Shown here one piece after another: positions 1 through 5,582 of a stretch of DNA of 13,924 nucleotides. The notes under the pieces are model-generated. The model searched no databases. It was not told where the DNA came from and saw only the letters and a list, made by a program, of their open reading frames with translations. Made by a program: the position numbers and the translations under genes. Every line of letters starts with the position of its first letter. Position 1 is the stretch's first letter. Source of the DNA: Candidatus Iainarchaeum sp. (lineage in GTDB: Archaea > Iainarchaeota > Iainarchaeia > Iainarchaeales > GCA-2688035); NCBI GenBank assembly GCA_028713935.1, contig JAQTNI010000036.1:1-13924 (forward strand), given 5' to 3'.

Positions 1-2
1 CA

Positions 3-617
3 GGGATTTACGTTTCAAAAAAAACTGGCCAGGAATGGGGCAAGCCTGAAAGAATAATCCTGCAAGATCCCGGGAAGCTTGCAATGGACGGCTGCGAATT
101 TATCCAGGGCAACACAATGTGGTTCTGTTCAGCAAGAGAAGGCTATGCCGGAGTGCACTGGTTTACTGCGGAATACAAAAATGGAAAATGGCAGGGCTGG
201 AAAAATTCTGATTTTAACCCAGAATACAAGGTTGGCGAATTGCACATTACTTCAGACGGTTCTGAATTGTTCTTCCACTCAGACAGGGAAGGCGGCAAAG
301 GCGGCCTTGACATATGGGTTTCAAAAAAAATTAGCGGAGAATGGGCTGCCCCTAAAAATATTGAAGCCGTGAACACAGCAGCCAATGAAGGCTGGCCTTT
401 TGTCACGCAGAATGGAAACGAATTGTGGTTTTTGAGGGATTATGGCTTATGGAGAGCCAAAAAAATTAACAGTGAATGGCAAACTCCCGAATTAATGATT
501 TCTCCGCTTGCAGGGGAAGCCTCTTTGGATAATGAAGGGAATGTTTTTTTCACGCACCACTTTTACAAGGACAACAAAATGATTGAGGCAGACATTTACA
601 CTGCAAAGAAAAAATAA
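3..617 (+). CDS. PD40 (WD40-like, TolB-type) beta-propeller repeat protein, 5'-partial (runs off the left edge)
   Basis: Frame 3 is open from the window edge: GIYVSKKTGQEWGKPE... precedes the first Met at 84. Stop at 615-617. There are three copies of a module ending (I/L)(Y/W)xxKKxxxEWxxPE. SDGSELFFHSDREGGKGGLDIWV matches the PD40 repeat pattern. Confidence 0.6.
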   Translation, partial: GIYVSKKTGQEWGKPERIILQDPGKLAMDGCEFIQGNTMWFCSAREGYAGVHWFTAEYKNGKWQGWKNSDFNPEYKVGELHITSDGSELFFHSDREGGKGGLDIWVSKKISGEWAAPKNIEAVNTAANEGWPFVTQNGNELWFLRDYGLWRAKKINSEWQTPELMISPLAGEASLDNEGNVFFTHHFYKDNKMIEADIYTAKKK

Positions 618-621
618 AAAT

Positions 622-706
622 CGCAGGGAGAGGGATTTGAACCCTCGTGCCCATAGGGCACACCGTCTCGAGCGGTGCGCTTTAAACCAAGCTCAGCCAT
701 CCCTGC
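622..706 (-). tRNA. tRNA-Ser (anticodon CGA)
   Basis: The reverse complement folds as a cloverleaf. Acceptor GCAGGGA/TCCCTGC. Anticodon stem CACCG/CGGTG with loop CTCGAGA. Long variable arm GCCC-TAT-GGGC. T arm GAGGG-TTCAAAT-CCCTC. Discriminator G. No encoded CCA. A T7/A7 TATA-like run lies about 25-31 nt upstream (731-737). Confidence 0.9.
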
Positions 707-763
707 AGCAAAAGAATTAGGATTAATGCTTTTTTTAACTCTTTAGGGAGACTTGGAAAATAA

Positions 764-788
764 TGGACTCGCGGGAAATCGGAAAGCC
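764..788 (-). repeat. Decayed duplicate of the 3' end (T-loop plus acceptor 3' strand plus discriminator) of tRNA-Ala
   Basis: tggactcgc-gggaaatcgga (764-783) aligns with tggactcgccggga-atcgga (851-870). They match except for two 1-nt indels. It forms a direct repeat with the intact tRNA 3' end. Confidence 0.55.
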
Positions 789-832
789 TTTTGAAGCGCT
801 CACTACGTTCGCTTTCAAAAGCCTTGGGAAAA
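786..832 (+). repeat. Composite palindromic repeat, copy A (GCC-hairpin-GCC-TTGGGAAAA)
   Basis: gccttttgaagcg[ctcactacgtt]cgctttcaaaagccttgggaaaa. The stems and flank are identical to copy D at 8543-8591 and only the loop differs. It lies between tRNA-Ala and its 3' duplicate. Confidence 0.7.
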
Positions 833-850
833 CCAGATTCCCATTACATT

Positions 851-922
851 TGGACTCGCCGGGAATCGGACCCGGAGTCTCATGCATGCCATGCATGCGT
901 CATACCATTAGACCACGAGCCC
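851..922 (-). tRNA. tRNA-Ala (anticodon GGC), with an unusual T-loop
   Basis: The reverse complement gives acceptor GGGCTCG/CGAGTCC with the G3:U70 Ala identity pair. D arm GTCTAATGGTATGAC. Anticodon stem CATGC/GCATG with loop ATGGCAT. T arm CCGGG-TCCGATT-CCCGG. Discriminator A. A TATA-like TTTTAAATG lies about 27 nt upstream. T-loop position 55 reads C, not the near-universal U. Confidence 0.75.
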
Positions 923-976
923 ATTACTGATTTAATTTGCTTGAAACATTTAAAACCTGTTCGGCTTCAGAAAAAG

Positions 977-1195
977 TCAAGGAGAAATGAAAAGAATGTT
1001 GTCTCCCCTGATCATTAATTTGCCGAATTTGGTTTTCATTTCGCCGTTTGCGAGCTGTTCAGCGTTTTCCATCAGAATGTTCATGTGGACATCAAAGGCT
1101 TTTAATGTGCCCCTGATTGAAATGTCGCCTTTCAGGATTATCAAGACTTCTTTCCCGATTGCACTGTTCAAAACATCAAAAGGCCTGTTTGCCAT
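977..1195 (-). CDS. Sm-like archaeal protein (SmAP/LSm)
   Basis: 72 aa. Sm1 motif: GKEVLIILKGDISIRGTLKAFDVHMNILMENA. Sm2 motif: LMIRGDNILFISP. GTGAGG Shine-Dalgarno-like box upstream of the ATG. Confidence 0.9.
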   Translation of the reverse strand: MANRPFDVLNSAIGKEVLIILKGDISIRGTLKAFDVHMNILMENAEQLANGEMKTKFGKLMIRGDNILFISP

Positions 1196-1214
1196 GGTTC
1201 CTCACTTGGTGAAA

Positions 1215-2036
1215 TTATTCCTGTGTTGTTTTTTTAATCTGTTCGGTTTGCTTTTTTTTTCCGAAATTTCCGAATAATCTTGAAAAAAAGCCGGGTTTTT
1301 TTTCTTCAGCGCTTGCTTCAATGTTTTTTCCGGCAAGCTTTTCTGCTATTTTTCTTATTGAATTGCTTGAAGGGCAATTGGGCTTGCGGAGAATAACAGG
1401 CAATGCATTTTCCTGCATAAAGCTTCTCCTGATTTCAGGGTCTTCAGGAACAATTCCCATGACTGGCAGTTCCAATAGCCTTGTAATGTCCTGTGCTTTT
1501 ATTTCACCTTTTTCATTTCTTGCGAAATTTATTATCAGGCCAATCGGATTAACCCCGAGCCTTTGGGCCACAAGCTTGATTTTTATTGCATCGGCAACAC
1601 TCGGGCTGTCGGGAGTTGTTACAATAATTGTTTCGTCTCCAGCTGCAATTGCAGCCATGACATTTTTTTCAATGCCAGCAGGCGCATCAATCAATATGAA
1701 ATCATAATTTTCCTGGATTCCTTTTATTACTGATTCAAGCCTTTCAGAATCAACTCTCCTGTATGCCTCAAGGCTCAGGCCGCTTGGAACAAAAAAAACT
1801 CCGCCAGGGCCGTCATAAACAGCGTCATTAATGGTTGATTCTCCAAGCAGGACATCGTGCAGAGTAATCGGGGAGCTTTGCATTCCAAGAATAAGGGAAA
1901 GATTTGCCATTGCAACATCGGCATCAACAAGCAAAACCTTTAAGCCTGCCTGTGAAAGCGCAACCCCAAGATTTGCAGTCAAGGAGGTTTTTCCAACTCC
2001 TCCTTTTCCAGAAACAATTGTTATTATTCTTCCCAT
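1215..2036 (-). CDS. minD: MinD/ParA-family septum-site/positioning ATPase with C-terminal amphipathic membrane-targeting helix
   Basis: Deviant Walker A SGKGGVGKTS. Switch region LLVDADVAMANLSL. Walker B YDFILIDAPAGI. C-terminal KKPGFFSRLFGNFGKKK resembles the bacterial MinD membrane-targeting sequence. Confidence 0.9.
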   Translation of the reverse strand: MGRIITIVSGKGGVGKTSLTANLGVALSQAGLKVLLVDADVAMANLSLILGMQSSPITLHDVLLGESTINDAVYDGPGGVFFVPSGLSLEAYRRVDSERLESVIKGIQENYDFILIDAPAGIEKNVMAAIAAGDETIIVTTPDSPSVADAIKIKLVAQRLGVNPIGLIINFARNEKGEIKAQDITRLLELPVMGIVPEDPEIRRSFMQENALPVILRKPNCPSSNSIRKIAEKLAGKNIEASAEEKKPGFFSRLFGNFGKKKQTEQIKKTTQE

Positions 2037-2053
2037 AAAAACACTCTCTTCCC

Positions 2054-2551
2054 CTAATTCGGAATTTTTTTTGCAGCCCCGTTGATTTTTGCCCTGTTGG
2101 TTTTTTCTTTTTTCAGGAAAACATCAATTTCCCTTGCCAATGCCCTGAGCTCTATTGTGGAAAGATTTGTGCCGGCCTTTACAATGTAAATGTTCTGGTT
2201 AAAGGGAAAAATCATGAACCAGCAGTCAGACATTTTCATTAAAATTGTTTCAGGGTCTTCAAGCTGCTTTCCAATGAATTCAATCAGGGCAGCGCTTGCA
2301 AAGCTTTCCCCAATGCCATTGCCTTCGCTGCTTGCAATCACTTCGCCTGCTTTTGAAACAGTTATTGAATCAACAAAATGCTTTTTTTTCAGCAGGCCCA
2401 AAAATTCGTCCATGCTGCTTGCGTCAATTTCAAACTTGTACTTTGCCAAAAAATCTCCCAATACTGCAATCTGCTCTTTTGGCTGCTGAGTGTCATCCAG
2501 GTCAAGCAAAATTGATGCCAGTCTGCCGATTGTTTTTGAAAAAAAGCCCAT
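2054..2551 (-). CDS. Hypothetical protein, Roadblock/LC7 (MglB)-like core with N-terminal amphipathic helix
   Basis: The tracked ORF is 2054..2569 and begins with TTG. ATG at 2551 (MGFFSKTIGRL) is the likelier start. The alpha-beta-beta-alpha-beta-beta pattern MDEFLGLLKKKHFVDSITVSKAGEVIASSEG...AALIEFIGKQL...ILMKMSDCWFMIFPF..IYIVKAG fits the Roadblock/LC7 profile by eye only. Confidence 0.45.
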   Translation of the reverse strand: MGFFSKTIGRLASILLDLDDTQQPKEQIAVLGDFLAKYKFEIDASSMDEFLGLLKKKHFVDSITVSKAGEVIASSEGNGIGESFASAALIEFIGKQLEDPETILMKMSDCWFMIFPFNQNIYIVKAGTNLSTIELRALAREIDVFLKKEKTNRAKINGAAKKIPN

Positions 2552-2561
2552 TTTCCCGCCA

Positions 2562-3065
2562 TTAATCAATTTTTCTCGTGAATTCAGTCAAGCCCACTTT
2601 CCTGAAAACATCAAACCTTGATTCCCTTTTTAAAAGCTCGTTTCCCAGGGCGCTTTCAGCAAGCCCGGGATTGAATTTTTCAGTTCCAATTTTTGCCAAA
2701 TCCCTTTGCAAAAGAGGCTTGCCTAACTCTATTTTTTCATTGAAAGCAATTATTAATTCTATCTGTTGCTTGGTCAAGGAAATAATATCCATTACTCCAA
2801 AATCCGCCTTTGCTGCATTAAAAAAATGTGCCACTGCCTCTTCCCCCAAAACCTTTTTTGAAAACCTCAAATAATCAAAAATCGCCCCAATTGCCCTGTT
2901 TTGCTGCAAAAGCAAAGCGCCTTCTTCAATTCCGCTTCTTCCCTCAATTGTAATAACCACATAGCCTGCAAAATCAGTTTCAAGCAAAGCGGCAACCTTT
3001 TCCTTTACAATATTGCCCTTTACAATGATTCCGCTTTCCAAAAATTCTCCCACAGGCAAATCCAT
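2562..3065 (-). CDS. Hypothetical protein, PATAN / DUF2226 / DUF4388-like
   Basis: 167 aa. The pattern ETDFAGYVVITIEGRSGIEEGALLLQQNRAIGAIFDY...LGEEAVAHFFNAAKADFGVMDI resembles the tG.L.v....G.i.f..G.iv.A....G.eAl..ll....G.F signature of that fold. Its start abuts the NYN stop (TGAATG). Its stop overlaps the next ORF. Confidence 0.4.
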   Translation of the reverse strand: MDLPVGEFLESGIIVKGNIVKEKVAALLETDFAGYVVITIEGRSGIEEGALLLQQNRAIGAIFDYLRFSKKVLGEEAVAHFFNAAKADFGVMDIISLTKQQIELIIAFNEKIELGKPLLQRDLAKIGTEKFNPGLAESALGNELLKRESRFDVFRKVGLTEFTRKID

Positions 3066-3518
3066 TCATGTTCCCTTCAATACAATTATTTCATCCGCAG
3101 TGTTTTTTAATGCAGCAGCGCTTGACTGCTCTGCCAAAACAACAATTGTTTCTTTGCCATAACGCTTTGCCTTTATCACAGCAGGCAAAAAGTCAGAATC
3201 CCTGCTTACAAAAACAATTGCATGGACATGCTTGTTGAAAATGCTTTCAGTGGCCTCAACAGCCATTGCAACATCAATGTCGTCAACAGTCATTATTGCC
3301 TCAAAACCCTGGTTTGCAACTGCCTCAACAAGCTTGTTGCTTGCAAACTGGTTCAAAAAAACCTTTGCAATCCGCAATTTTCCATACGGCTTCAAAGCCT
3401 TTTTAATGTCATTCAGGTCAATTGACAATTCCTTGCGCAGGATATTCGGGCCGTCAATGAAAACAGCCAGGTTTTTCTGTTTTTTCCTGGGCATTACCTT
3501 GCCGAGGTTTTTTTTCAT
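3066..3518 (-). CDS. NYN/LabA-like (PIN-fold) nuclease-domain protein
   Basis: KNLAVFIDGPNILRK...DIDVAMAVEA...AIVFVSRDSDFLPAVIKAKRYGKETIVV matches the NYN/LabA (DUF88) acidic-residue pattern. The tracked ORF starts at TTG 3530. ATG 3518 is preferred and has a TATA-like ATAATAA 25-31 nt upstream. Confidence 0.7.
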   Translation of the reverse strand: MKKNLGKVMPRKKQKNLAVFIDGPNILRKELSIDLNDIKKALKPYGKLRIAKVFLNQFASNKLVEAVANQGFEAIMTVDDIDVAMAVEATESIFNKHVHAIVFVSRDSDFLPAVIKAKRYGKETIVVLAEQSSAAALKNTADEIIVLKGT

Positions 3519-3530
3519 TTTGTCAAACAA

Positions 3531-3683
3531 AAAGCATCGCCGTTATTATGTTTAATACTAAAATGAACAATCAAAAATTATTTAAAACAATTAACAAGGA
3601 GATTTGTTTTTCAAGAAGATTTTTAAACACAATTTGTTTAATTCATATAAATAATATTGAAAATTAATTTTTTGGGTGTTTTT
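3531..3683. promoter_or_regulatory. Divergent A/T-rich promoter region (minus-strand operon and aIF5A)
   Basis: TATAAATA at 3646-3653 lies 31-38 nt before the aIF5A ATG. ttattat at 3543-3549 (ATAATAA on the minus strand) lies 25-31 nt before the NYN ATG. No ORF is present. Confidence 0.4.
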
Positions 3684-4094
3684 ATGGCTGAAATCGCAGA
3701 AGGGGAAAAAAAATTTGATTTTATTGGCTCGCTAAAACCGGGCAACTATGTGCTTATTGACAGTGCTGTCTGCCAGATAAAGGGAATTGAAAAATCCAAG
3801 CCTGGAAAGCATGGCGCTGCAAAAGCAAGAATAACTGCTTTTGACATTTTTACTGGCTCAAAAAAGACATTGCTAAAGCCAACAAGTGCTGATGCGGAAA
3901 TCCCGATTATAATAAAGGGAAACGCACAGGTAGTTGCAATAATGGGTGACAATTTGCAAATAATGGATTTGAACAGCTATGAAATGATGAGTGTGAAAAA
4001 ACCCTCTGACATCCAGGGGCTTGCTTCCGGAATAGAAGTGGAATACATCAAATACGGCCCCAATGTGAAAATCCTGCACAAAAAAGGCGCTTAA
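3684..4094 (+). CDS. eif5a: Translation initiation factor 5A (aIF5A)
   Basis: Hypusine-loop motif SKPGKHGAAKARI. N-terminal SH3-like plus C-terminal OB-like layout, 136 aa from ATG 3684. The tracked start at 3657 is an upstream TTG. Confidence 0.9.
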   Translation: MAEIAEGEKKFDFIGSLKPGNYVLIDSAVCQIKGIEKSKPGKHGAAKARITAFDIFTGSKKTLLKPTSADAEIPIIIKGNAQVVAIMGDNLQIMDLNSYEMMSVKKPSDIQGLASGIEVEYIKYGPNVKILHKKGA

Positions 4095-4118
4095 AGCATA
4101 TGGCTTTTTGGTGGCAAA

Positions 4119-4397
4119 ATGGCTCTTCTTTTAAAAGAATTTTCCGCAAAGAAAAAAGAAGCCCTTGTTTTTGAATTTTTGCCAGGCAAACTGCATGCCC
4201 TTGAATTTGAGCCAATAATTGAAAAACTGAACCAAAAACAAATAATCCTCCTTGTACAGACAGGCGGCTTGATTATTGCAAGGATATCCGAAAAAAAAGT
4301 GCACTTGTTCAGAAGCGGAAAAATCATTGTCAAGGGAACAAAAACACTTGCAGAAGCAAAAAAAATCCTTGAAAAATTCTTGGAAATAATAAATTAA
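4119..4397 (+). CDS. Small protein resembling a single TBP repeat (half-TBP)
   Basis: 92 aa. GGLIIARISEKKVHLFRSGKIIVKGTKTLAEAKKILEKFLEII aligns by eye with the TBP repeat core FPG(I/V)I.R(I/L)..P....L(I/L)F.SGK(I/L)V.TGAKS.......A...L. GGTGG lies upstream of the ATG. Confidence 0.45.
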   Translation: MALLLKEFSAKKKEALVFEFLPGKLHALEFEPIIEKLNQKQIILLVQTGGLIIARISEKKVHLFRSGKIIVKGTKTLAEAKKILEKFLEIIN

Positions 4398-4402
4398 AAC
4401 TG

Positions 4403-4410
4403 TTTTTTTT
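4403..4410 (+). terminator. Oligo-T (T8) tract just after the 4119..4397 stop codon
   Basis: tgttttttttgaaaaaaaaa starts 4 nt after the TAA. Archaeal termination typically uses oligo-T. Confidence 0.35.
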
Positions 4411-4494
4411 GAAAAAAAAAGCCCGCAGGCACTATTAAATACAAGTTTTTACCTATTAATTTTGATAATTGATGACTTTGCGGAGGTGAAAAAA

Positions 4495-5163
4495 ATGTTT
4501 TTTAAAGATTGGCTAGACATCCTATTTTACAAGAAAAAACCAGCTGAACTAGCAGGCACAAGCCTCGGAGAAGGACTAAAAAACGTTGCAATAGCAGGCT
4601 TAATTCTTGGCTTGTTAAGCGGCATATTCCAATATCTTTCGCCTTCCAAAGTTGCCAATGTATTGAGCATACCAGGCCCAGCTGCCATAATAGTTTCTAT
4701 CATAAGCGGCGTAATAATGGCAGTTATTGGGGCACTTATAGGCGGCGCAATACTGCACGTATTCTGCAAAATAGTTGGCGGAAAAGGCAGCATTGGAAAT
4801 TACATTGGAGCGCTTGCAAAAATATATGCAGCGATTGCAGGCACAGCACTCGCGGTTATATTATTAATTGAAATAATCGCGGTTCTTGCATTGGGAACAA
4901 ACGCAATAGCACTATTAGCAGTGCTTGGCATACTTGGATTAATTGGCTTAATCGTATCCCTGTGGGAATTGGTATTAGTAGTTCTCGCTACCAATGCAGT
5001 ACAGCAGCTATCAACGGGCCGAACAATAGTGGCAGTAATTATAATTCCAATAATAATAGGGGTAATTCTGCTATTTGTAATCGGAATGGCAATCCTGTCC
5101 CTCTTTATGGGAAGCGGCGCCCTAGGCGGCTTGAATGGCACAGGCGGATTTTTGTTAGGATAA
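4495..5163 (+). CDS. Polytopic Gly/Ala/Ile-rich membrane protein (possibly Yip1-like)
   Basis: ATG 4495 is preceded by GGAGGTGA at 4482-4489. There are about five long hydrophobic segments. The N-terminal FKDWLDILFYKKKPAELAG lead-in resembles Yip1-domain proteins. CpG count and CTA-codon use are atypical for the window. Confidence 0.6.
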   Translation: MFFKDWLDILFYKKKPAELAGTSLGEGLKNVAIAGLILGLLSGIFQYLSPSKVANVLSIPGPAAIIVSIISGVIMAVIGALIGGAILHVFCKIVGGKGSIGNYIGALAKIYAAIAGTALAVILLIEIIAVLALGTNAIALLAVLGILGLIGLIVSLWELVLVVLATNAVQQLSTGRTIVAVIIIPIIIGVILLFVIGMAILSLFMGSGALGGLNGTGGFLLG

Positions 5164-5230
5164 AAAAACCCGCCTTTCTTTTCTTTTTTCTTTTTTAAAA
5201 TTGCTTAAAATTCGTTTTCTTTGGGCAACA

Positions 5231-5298
5231 GCCTTTTCTTGGAAAGAAAAGCCTGGGGAAAAGAACAATTTGCTTCGCAAATTGGTTGCTTTGCAAAA
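5231..5298 (+). repeat. Composite palindromic repeat, copy B
   Basis: gcc-ttttctt-gga-aagaaaa-gcc-tggggaaaagaa-caatttgc-ttc-gcaaattg-gttgctttgcaaaag. It matches the reverse complement of 7628-7685 module for module. Confidence 0.7.
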
Positions 5299-5317
5299 GA
5301 GCCGAAAAGCGAAAAAA

Positions 5318-5513
5318 TTAGGTGTTTATCAAAAGTCCAGGATTCTTTTCTTTTGGGGCAACTTAGGCGTTTGTTTATCCAAAATTCAGGTTTTTCTCTT
5401 TTGGCAAATTTTGAGCTTGTTTATCATACAATTTGGGATTTCTTTCTTTTGGCAATCATTTTCTTTTGGGCAATCTGTTTATCAAAAGTTTAGAGTTTCT
5501 TTCTTTGGGCACC
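5318..5513 (+). repeat. Degenerate tandem array (~49-bp period): GTTTATC(A/C)AAA box plus TTTCTTTTGG(G)CAA box
   Basis: GTTTATC occurs at 5324, 5373, 5419 and 5477. TTTGG(G)(G)CA(A/C) boxes end near 5227, 5361, 5407, 5455, 5474 and 5511. The units are imperfect. Confidence 0.75.
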
Positions 5514-5518
5514 TTGCA

Positions 5519-5560
5519 CTTTCTTTCTTTTTAAAAGAAAGAAAGGGCAGTTTTTTATAT
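5519..5560 (+). promoter_or_regulatory. Perfect hairpin (ctttctttc/gaaagaaag) followed by TTTTTTATAT
   Basis: A 9-bp G/C-punctuated stem (5519-5527 / 5537-5545) is extendable through T/A pairs. T6+ATAT at 5551-5560 lies 23-32 nt before ATG 5583. It is therefore either a terminator for an upstream transcript or the TATA box of a leaderless gene. Confidence 0.4.
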
Positions 5561-5582
5561 TTCTTAATTCTTTATTGTAATT

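Noticed and set aside
79-406. ORFs 79..372 (+) and 143..406 (-) overlapping the PD40 gene
   Set aside because: They are off-frame or antisense to the repeat-bearing PD40 frame, which is open to the window edge and carries the recognisable motifs.
764-976. Integrated provirus or plasmid at tRNA-Ala
   Set aside because: There is an att-like duplication, but only about 60 bp lie between the repeats and no integrase or other element genes are nearby. At most it is a scar.
791-1018. ORF 791..1018 and ORF 8548..8805, which share an MKRSL..L.K.LGK N-terminus
   Set aside because: The shared peptide is the translation of the repeated hairpin element (ttgaagcgctc...aaaagccttggg). ORF 791..1018 also runs antisense through tRNA-Ala. 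Neither has independent coding support.
987-3555. Plus-strand ORFs antisense to the MinD operon (987..1277, 1321..1707, 1831..2085, 2190..2489, 2296..2565, 2578..2874, 2901..3110, 3222..3425, 3232..3555)
   Set aside because: Each lies opposite a minus-strand gene that has clear family motifs. Their products are Phe/Ser/Leu-rich with no motifs.
3657-3683. Upstream alternative starts proposed by the track (TTG 3657 for aIF5A, TTG 7766 for L10e, TTG 4462 for the membrane protein, TTG 3530 and 2569 in the operon)
   Set aside because: In each case an ATG slightly downstream matches the conserved protein N-terminus or follows a Shine-Dalgarno or TATA element at proper spacing. The extensions add non-conserved residues.
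4527-5198. ORFs 4527..4793 (-), 4800..5141 (-) and 4962..5198 (+) over the membrane-protein gene
   Set aside because: They are antisense or off-frame to a gene with a strong GGAGGTGA ribosome-binding site and coherent transmembrane segments. There is no independent support.
5318-5513. Possible CRISPR array
   Set aside because: The repeat units are imperfect and bipartite. The would-be spacers are themselves similar to one another. The period (~46-58 bp) is irregular and short, and no cas genes or leader are present.
5164-5582. Replication origin (ORB/mini-ORB repeats plus an A/T-rich unwinding element)
   Set aside because: I do not claim this as a feature. No orc1/cdc6 gene is adjacent, I see no recognisable ORB consensus, and GC skew cannot be judged from 14 kb. 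It is kept only as one hypothesis under the array finding.
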